Made by a program: the position numbers and the translations under genes
Notes under the pieces: generated by a model
What the model saw: the letters and a program-made list of their open reading frames with translations, nothing else
What the model was told of the DNA's origin: nothing
Database searches by the model: none
Assembly: GCA_045587385.1 (NCBI GenBank)
Contig: JAZNCE010000124.1
Coordinates: 58,210-122,209 of the forward strand
From: Eubacteriales bacterium
Lineage (GTDB): Bacteria; Bacillota; Clostridia; Oscillospirales; CAG-272
Reading direction: 5' to 3'
DNA length: 64,000 nt
Shown: positions 20,644 to 30,837 of the stretch, piece after piece
Layout of the letters: every line of letters starts with the position of its first letter
Numbering within the stretch: the stretch's first letter is position 1

Positions 20644-21063
20644 ATGGCTATTAAAATGCGCGTACTTTGCACCCCCGGCAAAAAGAAGCTGGTTTCCATC
20701 ACACAGATGATCAAGCAGGAATTTGAGTTGAATATCAATGCTGCTGACGTAATTCCGCCCGCATATTCCTGCGACAAGGAGCGTTTGGTCGTTCTTTGCG
20801 TTACCTGCAAGGGTTCTCTGAAGGATGACGTCAGACTGTTTATCAGCGAGCTCAATAAGACTCGCGCAGCTAACGTCGCATTGATGATCGACGGCACGCC
20901 CGACGGCGACGCGTACGTACGCTCGCTGCTGGCTAATGCAGGCACTAACGTCTGCGAAAAGACTCTGTACATAAACGGCGGTAATCTCTTTAATTCCAAG
21001 ATCACCGATCAGGAAAAAACCGACATTATTGCTTGGGTCAACGAGTGCATCGCAACGATTTGA
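20644..21063 (+). CDS. hypothetical protein (139 aa)
   Basis: Strong RBS (AAGGAGG) and a clean ORF followed by a terminator. No family recognised. Confidence 0.6.
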   Translation: MAIKMRVLCTPGKKKLVSITQMIKQEFELNINAADVIPPAYSCDKERLVVLCVTCKGSLKDDVRLFISELNKTRAANVALMIDGTPDGDAYVRSLLANAGTNVCEKTLYINGGNLFNSKITDQEKTDIIAWVNECIATI

Positions 21064-21077
21064 TTTAACTTTATCAT

Positions 21078-21106
21078 AAAAAAAGAGGCGTCAGCCTCTT
21101 TTTTTA
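21078..21106. terminator. bidirectional rho-independent terminator
   Basis: AAAAAAAGAGGC-GTCA-GCCTCTTTTTTT. Confidence 0.7.
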
Positions 21107-21139
21107 TTTGCCGATATCACTCTCATATGGGCTTTTGTA

Positions 21140-21883
21140 TCAGTGTGCGAACCTGTAGCCGTAAAACAAGTCTTCAATCATGAGCTTACCGTTACGGTCA
21201 GTAATGATAATATAGGTAGTCGCACTACCGTCGCTGCCTATATCGCTACGGAAGGTTCCGTTGTTTTGGCGGATCTTGTATTGCAGGACAAAATGATATT
21301 CGGTATAAGCTCCCAGCTTTTTGTCCGTCACCTTTTTCTCACCAAAATTCGTGATCTTAATTTCATAAAGCTGCGTCATTGTAAAGCCGGGATCAGGCTC
21401 TATCTCTTTGTGCTCAAAATAATAATCGCTGAAAAATGCGTTATATCGATCAACGTCACCCATAATGATACTGTCTACAAAGTCACAAATCAAAGTGACT
21501 CCTACAGCCTGCTTATCGCGATTGGTGTCGTCAAGCTCTATCATAGAGCCCAACTGCGATTGATCGGCATAATAGTAGATCTTGCGGTCAAGCTCCAGGT
21601 ACTCTTTATCCTTCATGATATTATACTCGTAGTCGATCGGGTAAAAATATATGGTAAAATTATTACCTTGATATTCATTCCCCGCCCCGCGGTCCAAGAA
21701 ATCCGCAAGTCCCGGAAAATATCCTTCTATAGTCTGGGAAATGGACGGATATAAAACGAGCGAAAACACCATGTAAAGTATGGCAAATGCGAGCATCGCG
21801 CAAAATGTGATAATGATGATCTTTTTCAGTTTTTTGGTTTGCTCCTTGGCGCTTCTCGGAATATCGTTTTGCTGTTGATTCAC
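21140..21883 (-). CDS. membrane-anchored hypothetical protein
   Basis: 247 aa. Basic N-terminus, a single TM helix (IIIITFCAMLAFAILYMVFSLVLY), then a soluble domain. No family recognised. Confidence 0.6.
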   Translation of the reverse strand: MNQQQNDIPRSAKEQTKKLKKIIIITFCAMLAFAILYMVFSLVLYPSISQTIEGYFPGLADFLDRGAGNEYQGNNFTIYFYPIDYEYNIMKDKEYLELDRKIYYYADQSQLGSMIELDDTNRDKQAVGVTLICDFVDSIIMGDVDRYNAFFSDYYFEHKEIEPDPGFTMTQLYEIKITNFGEKKVTDKKLGAYTEYHFVLQYKIRQNNGTFRSDIGSDGSATTYIIITDRNGKLMIEDLFYGYRFAH

Positions 21884-22009
21884 AACGTTTCTCCATTCAA
21901 TTTTATGATACGTATATTATAGCACATCAAGCCTGTAAATACAAGCCTGCATACGCAAGAAAGGTGTGAATATCTTGCAAATTTTTTAGGAATGTTTTGC
22001 GCAAAGGTG

Positions 22010-22038
22010 TTGTATATTTTTAAAATATATGATATAAT
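22010..22038 (+). promoter_or_regulatory. sigma-A type promoter
   Basis: TTGTAT-17 nt-TATAAT. This places the ATG at 22042 too close to the promoter and supports the start at 22069. Confidence 0.5.
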
Positions 22039-22068
22039 ATTATGAATAATTATCACTCGGAGCAAAAT

Positions 22069-23925
22069 ATGAAATATCTTGTTTTAATCCCGGACGGAAT
22101 GGCAGACGTTAACGTGCCGCAGCTGGGAGACCATACTCCCATGCAACGTGCCCACAAACCCTGCATGGACGCTCTTGCCAAAGAATCCATGGTTGGTATC
22201 GTATCCAACGTCCCCGAGGGCATGGTTCCCGAAAGCGATACTGCCAATATGGCAATTCTTTCCTTTGACCCTAAGATCTATTCTCGCGGCAGATCCCCGT
22301 TAGAGGCGGTCAGTATGGGCATTGATATGCTGCCTGATGAAACTGCTTTTCGCTGTAACCTCGTTACCCTCTCGGAGGAAGAAGAACAGTATGAAGATAA
22401 GATCATGATCGACCATAGCGCAGACGAGATCACAACCGCTGAGGCTGATGAATTAATCAAGGCGTTGCAAGCGCATTTCGGCAATGATTACCGCAAGTTT
22501 TATACCGGCGTCAGCTACAGGCATTGCCTGATCTGGAAGGACAGACCCGATACCTATCCCTTTATGCGTCCGCACGACATTCTCGGGCAATGCATCAGAG
22601 AGCATCTCCCCATTGCAGAAGGCGGCGAGGAGTACTACGCTTTCATGAAGGAAAGCTACGAAGTGCTTAACAATCATCCGGTCAACCAAGCCAGACGCGC
22701 GCGCGGATTAAGACCTGCGAATTCCGCTTGGCTGTGGAGTCCCGGAAAGAAACCGGCTCTTCCCTCTTTCCGCGACAAATGGGGAATCGACGGAGCTGTC
22801 ATATCTGCGGTTGATCTGATCAAAGGTATCGGACTTTGCGCCGGCATGCGTTCCATCGACGTACCGGGAGCTACCGGAAACGTACACACGAATTATGACG
22901 GCAAAGCCAATGCTGCCATCGAGGCGTTTGAATCAGGCGTTGAATTTGTTTACGTACACGTTGAAGGTCCCGACGAATGCGGTCATCGCGGCGAGATTGA
23001 TAATAAAGTGCTGTCCATTGAACTGATCGATCAAAAAATTCTGAAGCCCGTTTACGAATACCTGGTAAGCAGCGGCGAGGATTTCAAAATATTGGTTCTT
23101 CCGGATCACCCTACTCCCCTTTCGATTCGCACGCACTCTTCCGATCCTGTACCTTTTATGCTCTATGACTCCAAGAAGGAGTGTCAAGGCGTTGCATGCT
23201 TTGACGAGAGATCTGCAAGAACCACCGATATCGTCATAGAGCACGGTCACGATTTGCTTGATATCGTTATTGAAAAAAAGGAAACTCCCCAAGCTGCCGC
23301 TTCGGGAAATAAGCTCAGCTCCTTTGCCGCTAACTTCTTTGATTATCTTGAAATATTCGTGCTTTCCGTCACTATGGTGCTCATTCTGTTCTCCTTCTGC
23401 GCTCGTCTTTGTCGCGTTGACGGAGAATCCATGAAAAACACGTTTGAGCACGGTCAGCCGCTGATTATTTCCGACCTGTTTTACACACCGGATAACGGTG
23501 ACGTGGTCGTATTCCACCAGACCGAACGATATCAGAAGCCCTTGGTCAAACGCGTGATCGCAACAGGCGGACAGCACGTGGTACTGAACTTCAAGAATAA
23601 GACAGTTATCATTACGGATGCAACAACCGGTGAAAAAATCGATTTTGCAGACGAATTTGCAACCTACTACAATTCTGACAAAACAGCATACGGCGATCAA
23701 TACGAATGGCGCGACAATTTGTATGGCTTAAATAATCCCTTGGATGCCGTATACGACGAAGAAACCGGAAACTATAGCTTTACCGTTCCGCAAGGCATGC
23801 TGTTTGTTATGGGAGACAACAGAAACTTCTCTGCTGACAGTCGCTCTATCGGCTTTATTGACGAGCGCACCGTCCTTGGAAAAGCAATCGTTCGCTTAAA
23901 GCCCTTTACCATTTTTACAGATTAA
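22069..23925 (+). CDS. fusion protein: ApgM-type cofactor-independent phosphoglycerate mutase-like domain + signal peptidase I
   Basis: N-terminal about 400 aa carries MKYLVLIPDGMAD and YVHVEGPDECGHRGE (metalloenzyme/ApgM family). A TM helix follows (FFDYLEIFVLSVTMVLILFSF), then SPase I boxes GESMKNTF, VVFH, LVKRVIATGGQ and GDNRNFSADSR. There is no stop codon between the two parts. Confidence 0.75.
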   Translation: MKYLVLIPDGMADVNVPQLGDHTPMQRAHKPCMDALAKESMVGIVSNVPEGMVPESDTANMAILSFDPKIYSRGRSPLEAVSMGIDMLPDETAFRCNLVTLSEEEEQYEDKIMIDHSADEITTAEADELIKALQAHFGNDYRKFYTGVSYRHCLIWKDRPDTYPFMRPHDILGQCIREHLPIAEGGEEYYAFMKESYEVLNNHPVNQARRARGLRPANSAWLWSPGKKPALPSFRDKWGIDGAVISAVDLIKGIGLCAGMRSIDVPGATGNVHTNYDGKANAAIEAFESGVEFVYVHVEGPDECGHRGEIDNKVLSIELIDQKILKPVYEYLVSSGEDFKILVLPDHPTPLSIRTHSSDPVPFMLYDSKKECQGVACFDERSARTTDIVIEHGHDLLDIVIEKKETPQAAASGNKLSSFAANFFDYLEIFVLSVTMVLILFSFCARLCRVDGESMKNTFEHGQPLIISDLFYTPDNGDVVVFHQTERYQKPLVKRVIATGGQHVVLNFKNKTVIITDATTGEKIDFADEFATYYNSDKTAYGDQYEWRDNLYGLNNPLDAVYDEETGNYSFTVPQGMLFVMGDNRNFSADSRSIGFIDERTVLGKAIVRLKPFTIFTD

Positions 23926-23944
23926 TCCGAAAGGAAATTACACA

Positions 23945-24817
23945 ATGCCCTCACAGGTCATTCAATGGTTTCCCGGACATATGGCGAAAACGCGCCGTTT
24001 GATCTCGGAAAACCTCAAAAACGTTGACATTATTATTGAAATTCTGGATGCACGTATTCCCTACTCATCCAGAAACCCCGAAATTAAAAAGTTGATTGGC
24101 GAAAAGCCTACGCTTCTTCTGTTGAACAAAGCATCTCTTGCAGATCCTGCAGAGAACAAATATTGGGTGCAGCATTACACGGACGACCATACCGTTTGTA
24201 TTTTGACAGACTGTATTGGCGGCGAAGGAATCAAGCAGCTCAGTCCTGCCATTCACGATATCCTGATTGAAAAGGTGGAGAGATACAAGAACAAAGGCAT
24301 GGCGGGCAGAAAGCTCCGCGCCATGGTTCTTGGTGTACCCAACGTAGGAAAATCCTCTTTGATCAATAAGCTTTGCGGTAATAAAAAAGCAAAGGTCGAA
24401 AACCGTCCCGGAGTCACCGTGGACAAACAATGGGTGGCTACCAACATCGGTATCGATCTGATGGATATGCCAGGCATTCTGTGGCCAAAGTTTGAAGAAA
24501 AGTCCGTTGGCGAAAACCTCGCCATCACAGGCGCTATCAAAGACGATATTCTGGACATTGAAGAGATCGCCATGATTCTTTGCGGCAGATTGCGCAAGCT
24601 GTATCCCGCACTCCTGAGCGAGCGGTATAAGCTTGGTGACTTATCTCAGTACGAAGATCTGAGCGATTACGACCTCATGCTGGCTATCGGCAAAAAACGC
24701 GGTTTTCTGATCTCGGGCGGTGAAGTCCACTCTGAAAGAACAGCCAATATGCTGCTTGACGAATACCGTGCGGGAAAGATCGGCCGTGTCACGCTCGACA
24801 CGCGACCGGACAATTGA
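23945..24817 (+). CDS. rbgA: ribosome biogenesis GTPase A (YlqF)
   Basis: [10 protein letters not shown] start with circularly permuted GTPase motifs ([23 protein letters not shown]). Confidence 0.93.
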   Translation: MPSQVIQWFPGHMAKTRRLISENLKNVDIIIEILDARIPYSSRNPEIKKLIGEKPTLLLLNKASLADPAENKYWVQHYTDDHTVCILTDCIGGEGIKQLSPAIHDILIEKVERYKNKGMAGRKLRAMVLGVPNVGKSSLINKLCGNKKAKVENRPGVTVDKQWVATNIGIDLMDMPGILWPKFEEKSVGENLAITGAIKDDILDIEEIAMILCGRLRKLYPALLSERYKLGDLSQYEDLSDYDLMLAIGKKRGFLISGGEVHSERTANMLLDEYRAGKIGRVTLDTRPDN

Positions 24818-24827
24818 GGTGAATATC

Positions 24828-25439
24828 ATGTTGGAATATACACTCGAATCCGAGCTCTATGATCTGGGCTACCACAATGTCTGTGGCGTTGATGAAGCAG
24901 GCAGAGGTCCCTTGTGCGGCCCCGTCGTTGCTGCGGCATGTATTCTTCCATGCGGTCTGGTATTGCCCGGTCTGAACGACTCAAAAAAGCTCTCGGAGAA
25001 AAAAAGAGATCTGCTTTTTGATCAGATCAAGGAAAATGCAATCGCTTACTGTATTGCAAGTGCCAGCGTTGAGGAGATCGATCAGCTTAATATCCTGGAA
25101 GCAACGCTGCTTGCTATGCGCCGTGCGATCGACGGGCTTTCCGTCAAGCCTGACTTTGCCCTCATTGACGGTAACGTCTCCAGAGATTTTCAAGTTGATG
25201 CTAAGGCGGTTATCTCGGGCGATGCAACCTCACCCTCTATTGCAGCAGCTTCTATTTTGGCGAAGGTGACGCGTGACCGTATGTGCATTGAGTTGGATGC
25301 TGCATATCCCCAATACGGTATTGCAAAGCACAAGGGCTACGGCACCAAAGCACACATGCAAGCGTTGCGCGAGTACGGTGCCTCTCCCATTCACAGAAAG
25401 CAGTTTGTGCGCTTTCTGGAAAAAGAAAAGCATGAATAA
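24828..25439 (+). CDS. rnhB: ribonuclease HII
   Basis: [15 protein letters not shown] and DSKKLS motifs. Start taken at the ATG after GAGGTG. The track ORF starts upstream at 24720, inside rbgA. Confidence 0.93.
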   Translation: MLEYTLESELYDLGYHNVCGVDEAGRGPLCGPVVAAACILPCGLVLPGLNDSKKLSEKKRDLLFDQIKENAIAYCIASASVEEIDQLNILEATLLAMRRAIDGLSVKPDFALIDGNVSRDFQVDAKAVISGDATSPSIAAASILAKVTRDRMCIELDAAYPQYGIAKHKGYGTKAHMQALREYGASPIHRKQFVRFLEKEKHE

Positions 25440-25884
25440 AGCGCAAGTCGGAAAGTTAGGTGAACGGCTCGCGGCAAAATACCTGCGTCGACACGGCTAC
25501 GATATTCTTGAGCGTAATATCCACGTCTCTCACGAGGAGATTGATATTATTGCAATCAACAAGCAGTATATTGCGTTCGTGGAAGTGAAAACGCGCGTAT
25601 CCCGTCCCGAAAACGCGGATTATCTATCCGCCCCCGCTTCTGCCGTCACGCTCAAAAAACAAGAGCATTTGATACGTGCGGCACGTACATATTTGGCCAA
25701 TAACAGCTTTTCCCTGCATCCCCGCATGGATATCATTGAGGTATACCTTACGCCCGATTCCGATTTGTCAAAAAAAGATAAATGCATTGAAAAAATCAGC
25801 TGCATATTTGGCTTACCGCGCAGACCTGCATTGCTTATCAATCATATAGAAAACGCTTTTGGCGTTCACGGATACCGTCCCTGA
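25432..25884 (+). CDS. yraN: YraN-family (UPF0102) endonuclease-like protein
   Basis: [23 protein letters not shown]....EIDIIA...FVEVKTR pattern. The C-terminal extension is longer than usual. Confidence 0.8.
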   Translation: MNKAQVGKLGERLAAKYLRRHGYDILERNIHVSHEEIDIIAINKQYIAFVEVKTRVSRPENADYLSAPASAVTLKKQEHLIRAARTYLANNSFSLHPRMDIIEVYLTPDSDLSKKDKCIEKISCIFGLPRRPALLINHIENAFGVHGYRP

Positions 25885-25903
25885 AATAAAAAAGGAGCCT
25901 ACT

Positions 25904-26854
25904 ATGTCTTTATCTCTGTTTGACACGCATTGCGATACCGCTTTTGAACTGTATCGCAGGCAGGAGAAGTTGCGTGACAATACCTGCCACATTTCCCTTT
26001 CACATGCCGATCAATACGAAAAGTACGTTCAGTTATTTGCTATCTGGTCCGATCGTCGATTGGACGACCAGACCTGCTGGAATGATTTTCTTGCAATAGC
26101 GGACAATTTCGACCGTTTGATTGCGCTTGAAAATGATCAAATCACACGCATCCGTTCGGCCGCCGAGCTTGAAGAGGCAATTGCGCAATCCAAAAGAGCT
26201 GCCGTTTTGGCTGTCGAGGACGCAAGATTGCTCGCAGGCGATATTGAAAGGCTGCCCGTTCTCTACGACAAAGGCGTTCGCTGCATGACGCTTTTATGGG
26301 GCGGAGAATCCTGTATAGGCGGCTCTCACAATACCGAAATCGGATTAACGGATTTTGGAAAGCTGGTCACTAAAAAATGCTTTGAGATCGGCATTGTTCC
26401 CGATATCTCACACGCTTCCGAGCAAAGTGTTGACGACGTGATTGAGATTGCCAACCGCTACAACAAGCCGTTTATCGCAACGCATTCCAACTCCTATTCT
26501 GCATATGCTCATACAAGAAACTTGCGCGACAGACATCTTAGTGAGCTTATGCGCCTGGGCGGCATCGTAGGCGTGAGTATGTGTCCCGCGCATTTGCGCG
26601 ATTGCTCACAAGGAAACGCAACATCGGAAGACATGGTACGCCATATAGATCACTATATGGAGCTTGGCGCACAAGACCACCTTTGCTTCGGATGTGATTT
26701 TGACGGAACGGATCTTCCCTGTGATATCACTCATGTCGGAGACTTATATAAGGTGGCAGACCGCCTGACCGCGCTTGGTTATACAACCGAACAGATCGAA
26801 AAAATATTCTGGAAAAACGCATACTCGTTCTTCCATAACCAATTACACAAATAA
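25904..26854 (+). CDS. membrane dipeptidase family (peptidase M19) protein
   Basis: FDTHCD start, DISHAS, ATHSN and FGCDFDG motifs of the renal-dipeptidase fold. AAAGGAG RBS. Confidence 0.75.
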   Translation: MSLSLFDTHCDTAFELYRRQEKLRDNTCHISLSHADQYEKYVQLFAIWSDRRLDDQTCWNDFLAIADNFDRLIALENDQITRIRSAAELEEAIAQSKRAAVLAVEDARLLAGDIERLPVLYDKGVRCMTLLWGGESCIGGSHNTEIGLTDFGKLVTKKCFEIGIVPDISHASEQSVDDVIEIANRYNKPFIATHSNSYSAYAHTRNLRDRHLSELMRLGGIVGVSMCPAHLRDCSQGNATSEDMVRHIDHYMELGAQDHLCFGCDFDGTDLPCDITHVGDLYKVADRLTALGYTTEQIEKIFWKNAYSFFHNQLHK

Positions 26855-26868
26855 ATCGGAGACCAATT

Positions 26869-28356
26869 ATGAAATTCCAAAGCACACGAGATTCAAAACA
26901 AGAAAAATTCACGTCAGCACAAGTCATCAGAAAGGGCCTGGCTGACGATGGCGGTCTGTTTGTACCCGAGAGTATCCCTACTCTTTCCGCTGACGAAATT
27001 GCCACTCTTTGCGGCATGGATTATGCAAACAGAGCGGCATTTATTTTGGGCAAGTATTTGACCGATTATACCCATGAAGAGCTTCTTGCAGACTGTATGC
27101 AGGCTTATAACGAGAATTCTTTCGTTGGTGGCGCAGCCCCTCTGCATCACGTTTGCGACAACGTATATACCCAGGAGCTTTGGCACGGCCCCACCGCAGC
27201 ATTCAAGGATATGGCACTGCAAATCATGCCTCGCCTGCTCTCTCGCGCGCTCAAAAAGACCGGCGAGCAGCGCAAAGCGCTGATTCTGGTTGCAACTTCC
27301 GGTGATACGGGCAAAGCTGCGCTTGAAGGCTACCGTGACGTTGATCAGGTTTGTATTTCCGTATTCTACCCCGTCAACGGAGTCAGCAAGATTCAAAAGC
27401 TGCAGATGGTTACGCAGCAGGGTGATAACGTCAACGTATGTGCTATTCACGGAAACTTTGACGATGCACAAACCGGTGTCAAGCGCATTTTCGCAGATGC
27501 AGACGCTGCACAAGCACTCGATCAGAAGGGCTTCTTCCTTTCCAGTGCTAACTCGATCAACTGGGGCAGACTTGCTCCGCAGATCGTGTATTACGTTTCT
27601 GCTTACTGTGACCTGCTCAACGCAAAGCGTCTTCAGATGGGAGACCTTATGAACGTATGCGTTCCCACAGGCAATTTCGGCAATATCTTCGCGGCTTACC
27701 TTGCAAAGCTTATGGGGCTGCCGATCGGCAAGCTGATTTGCGCGTCTAACAAAAATAACATCCTGACAGATTTTCTGCAAACAGGCACGTACGACCGCAA
27801 CCGTCAGTTCCACCTTACCATGTCTCCTTCTATGGATATTCTGATCTCCAGCAATCTTGAACGTCTTCTCTATTTCGTTGCAGGTGCTGAACATACCAAG
27901 GCATACATGGAGTCACTTGCAACAAACGGTGCATATACTGTCAGCAATGCGGTCAAGGAAAAGATCGACGCTGATTTCTGTGGGTATTATGCAGATGAGG
28001 AGCAAACCGCACAAACCATTTGCAAGTATCAAAAATCCGGTTATCTGATGGATACACATACGGCTGTTGGCGTATGCTGCGCCGAGCAGTATCTCAAGGA
28101 TAGCTGCGACGTTCACACGCCTATGGTTGTTGCTTCTACTGCAAGCCCTTATAAGTTTGCTGCTGACGTATACACCTCGCTTGGCATGGAGGCACCCTCC
28201 GATCCGCTTCTTTCCCAGGAATTGCTTGCAAAGCATACCGGCACGCAGATCCCCTATCCGTTGGTGGGTCTTGGCGAGCGCACGATCAGATTTGATAAAA
28301 CCGTAGATTCGCAGGATATTTTGCAAGAAGTACTTCGTTTTGCAGACACGCAATAA
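26869..28356 (+). CDS. thrC: threonine synthase
   Basis: 495 aa long-form ThrC. PLP lysine context PTAAFKDMALQ, followed by TSGDTG. Confidence 0.93.
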   Translation: MKFQSTRDSKQEKFTSAQVIRKGLADDGGLFVPESIPTLSADEIATLCGMDYANRAAFILGKYLTDYTHEELLADCMQAYNENSFVGGAAPLHHVCDNVYTQELWHGPTAAFKDMALQIMPRLLSRALKKTGEQRKALILVATSGDTGKAALEGYRDVDQVCISVFYPVNGVSKIQKLQMVTQQGDNVNVCAIHGNFDDAQTGVKRIFADADAAQALDQKGFFLSSANSINWGRLAPQIVYYVSAYCDLLNAKRLQMGDLMNVCVPTGNFGNIFAAYLAKLMGLPIGKLICASNKNNILTDFLQTGTYDRNRQFHLTMSPSMDILISSNLERLLYFVAGAEHTKAYMESLATNGAYTVSNAVKEKIDADFCGYYADEEQTAQTICKYQKSGYLMDTHTAVGVCCAEQYLKDSCDVHTPMVVASTASPYKFAADVYTSLGMEAPSDPLLSQELLAKHTGTQIPYPLVGLGERTIRFDKTVDSQDILQEVLRFADTQ

Positions 28357-28362
28357 AAAATT

Positions 28363-28390
28363 GCGGACATCGGCTTTTGCCGATGTCCGC
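28363..28390. terminator. bidirectional terminator between thrC and the DUF1540 gene
   Basis: GCGGACATCGG-CTTTTG-CCGATGTCCGC 11-bp stem. Confidence 0.7.
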
Positions 28391-28397
28391 GCAGGAA

Positions 28398-28586
28398 TCA
28401 CATCTTATTCTGATCCTGCTTAAAGGTAGAACAGATCGTATCAGTAGAAGAAGTAGCGAAGGAAGGACCAATCGCAATTTCACCGGCTGTGCAGTAGCAA
28501 TCACCATCGTGATATACGCAGTTCTTCACGTCACACTTGACGTCCTTGATATGCTTTTCGCATCCGCATCCGCGTTTGTTATCCAT
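28398..28586 (-). CDS. DUF1540 cysteine-rich small protein
   Basis: 62 aa with a duplicated motif (V.C.V..C.YH......C.A..I). AAAGGAG RBS. Confidence 0.7.
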   Translation of the reverse strand: MDNKRGCGCEKHIKDVKCDVKNCVYHDGDCYCTAGEIAIGPSFATSSTDTICSTFKQDQNKM

Positions 28587-28667
28587 TTTTCATTTCTCCT
28601 TTTGTCAATCTGACAACAATAGTATGGCACTCAATCATCTTCTTATTCTCAAAGAAAGGAGTTCTCC

Positions 28668-29393
28668 ATGGCAATTTATACCATAGCAGACTTACATTTG
28701 TCCATCAACGATCAAACGAATAAATCCATGGAGGTCTTCGGCGCTCGCTGGAGCGGCTACGTGGAAAAGCTGGAGCAGCACTGGCGCAATACGGTTCACC
28801 AGTCCGACACGGTCGTCATTCCCGGTGATATTTCGTGGGCATTGACGCTGGAGGAAGCCGCACAAGATCTCAATTTTTTGAATTCCCTTCCAGGCAAAAA
28901 GCTGATCGGAAAAGGAAATCACGATTTTTGGTGGTCAACTGCCTCCAAAATCAATACCTTTTTTGCCGAACACAATATTGATACAATTTCGCTTTTGCAG
29001 AACAATGCTTATAAAGTGGAAGATAAAATCATTTGCGGTACGCGCGGCTGGTTTACCGACGACAGTCAGCAGTTGACCGTGTCCGAAACAGATTACGCCA
29101 AGATCGTTAACCGCGAGGTAATCAGACTGGAGCTCAGCTTAAAGCAGGGGCAAAAATTGCAAGATCCGGAAAACGCGGAGGAAATTCTCGTATTCCTGCA
29201 CTTTCCACCGATTTGGGGTAGTTTCCTTTGCCCGGAAATATTGGATACCCTGTCCAAATACGGAGTTAAAAATTGTTACTTTGGTCACATCCACGGTGGG
29301 TATAATCTTCCGAGCGTGCTCTACCATAACGACATTCGATTCGTAAGAATCTCCGCAGACCATCTCTCTTTCTTGCCTTACCCCATAAAATAA
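28668..29393 (+). CDS. metallophosphoesterase
   Basis: ADLHLS, GDISWA, GNHDFWW, LHFPP and GHIHGG calcineurin-like motifs. Confidence 0.85.
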   Translation: MAIYTIADLHLSINDQTNKSMEVFGARWSGYVEKLEQHWRNTVHQSDTVVIPGDISWALTLEEAAQDLNFLNSLPGKKLIGKGNHDFWWSTASKINTFFAEHNIDTISLLQNNAYKVEDKIICGTRGWFTDDSQQLTVSETDYAKIVNREVIRLELSLKQGQKLQDPENAEEILVFLHFPPIWGSFLCPEILDTLSKYGVKNCYFGHIHGGYNLPSVLYHNDIRFVRISADHLSFLPYPIK

Positions 29394-29424
29394 GATATTT
29401 TATAAGGGAAAATCACGATTTCTA

Positions 29425-29453
29425 TTGACAAAACAAACGAAATTGTGTACAAT
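29425..29453 (+). promoter_or_regulatory. sigma-A promoter of tig-clpP-clpX
   Basis: TTGACA-17 nt-TACAAT with a TG extension. Confidence 0.65.
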
Positions 29454-29507
29454 TAATAGGTTGTGTAAAATAAAAAATAAAATAAATCAAAATTTTGGAG
29501 GATCAAC

Positions 29508-30791
29508 ATGAATCTCGTAAAATCTGAAAAGAACGAACACAGCATGCACTATCTTGAGATTGCCATTGATAAGGCAACCTTTGATGCTGCTGTAGACAAG
29601 GTTTACCGCAAGCAGGTAAAGAACATCAATGTCCCCGGCTTCCGCAAGGGCAAGGCTCCCAAGTCTGTCATCGAAAAGATGTACGGCACCGGCGTTTTCT
29701 ATGAGGATGCTATCAACGATCTCATTCCCGAGAACTATGAGGCTGCTGTTAAGGAAGCAGGCATCACCGTTGTCGGCCAGCCTGAAATCGACATCGTTTC
29801 TCTTGATGAGAACGGTCTGGTTCTCTCCGCAAAGGTTCCCGTAAAGCCCGAGATGCAGATCAAGGACTACAAGGGTATCGAAGCTGTTAAGGCTACTGCA
29901 GAAGCTACCGATGAGCAGGTTAACCGTGAGCTCGAAATGATCCGTGAGAGAAACTCCCGTGAGATCGAGATCACCGAAGAGGCTGCACAGATGGGCGACA
30001 TCGTAAAGATCGACTTTGACGGCTCTGTTGACGGCGTTGCATTTGACGGCGGCAAGGGTACCGACTATTCCCTGAAGCTTGGCTCCGGCTCTTTCATTCC
30101 CGGTTTTGAAGAGCAGATCGCAGGCCACACCATCGGCGAAGAGTTCGACGTTAACGTTACCTTCCCTGAAGACTACCATGCAACCGAGCTTGCAGGCAAG
30201 GCTTCCGTATTCAAGACCAAGGTCAACGCTATTTCCCGCATTGAGCTCCCCGAGCTGGATGATGAATTTGCAAAGGACGCTTCCGAATTTGACACTCTTG
30301 ATGAATTAAAGGCTGATATGAAGGCTAAAATCCAAGAGAGAAACGAAAAGCAGGCTGAGAACGAGTTCGAAGAGAAGCTGATTGAGGCTCTGATCGAAAA
30401 GCTGGAGGGCGAAATTCCCGAAGCTATGTTTGTAAACGAGACCGAGAACTTTGTTCGTGACTTTGACAACAGACTGCGCAGCCAGGGCATGGATATGAAC
30501 CTGTACTTCAAGTACACCGGTCTGACCATCGAGGCTCTGCGCGAGCAGATGAGACCTCAGGCTGAGCGTCAGGTCAAGGCAAGACTGGCTCTTGAGACCA
30601 TCGCTGCTCTGGAAGGCGTTGTTGCATCCGAGGATGAGATCAACGAAGAATACCAGAGAATTGCTGATGCTTACCACCTGGAGGTTGCTCAGGTTAAGGG
30701 TATGCTGGATGATGCTTCCATCATTGCAGACCTGCAGGTTAAGAAGGCAATGGACATCGTTAAGGAGTCCGCTGTAATCAAGGCTGAGTAA
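29508..30791 (+). CDS. tig: trigger factor
   Basis: 427 aa. GFRKGKAP ribosome-binding motif, FKBP-type PPIase middle domain, acidic helical C-terminal domain. Confidence 0.95.
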   Translation: MNLVKSEKNEHSMHYLEIAIDKATFDAAVDKVYRKQVKNINVPGFRKGKAPKSVIEKMYGTGVFYEDAINDLIPENYEAAVKEAGITVVGQPEIDIVSLDENGLVLSAKVPVKPEMQIKDYKGIEAVKATAEATDEQVNRELEMIRERNSREIEITEEAAQMGDIVKIDFDGSVDGVAFDGGKGTDYSLKLGSGSFIPGFEEQIAGHTIGEEFDVNVTFPEDYHATELAGKASVFKTKVNAISRIELPELDDEFAKDASEFDTLDELKADMKAKIQERNEKQAENEFEEKLIEALIEKLEGEIPEAMFVNETENFVRDFDNRLRSQGMDMNLYFKYTGLTIEALREQMRPQAERQVKARLALETIAALEGVVASEDEINEEYQRIADAYHLEVAQVKGMLDDASIIADLQVKKAMDIVKESAVIKAE

Positions 30792-30837
30792 TTATACTCC
30801 CCCTACTTCCCTATTATTTTGAAACGAGGTAAACAAG

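Noticed and set aside
24720-25439. N-terminally extended versions of several track ORFs: rnhB 24720, yraN 25273, dipeptidase 25859, SBP 44984, GH78-B 52664, hypothetical 35632, Cys-rich 34766, galM 41269, dacB-like 40062, methyltransferase 19914, and ApgM fusion 22042.
   Set aside because: In each case an internal ATG preceded by a well-spaced GGAGG-like RBS matches the conserved family N-terminus. The extension also overlaps the upstream gene, a promoter or a terminator.
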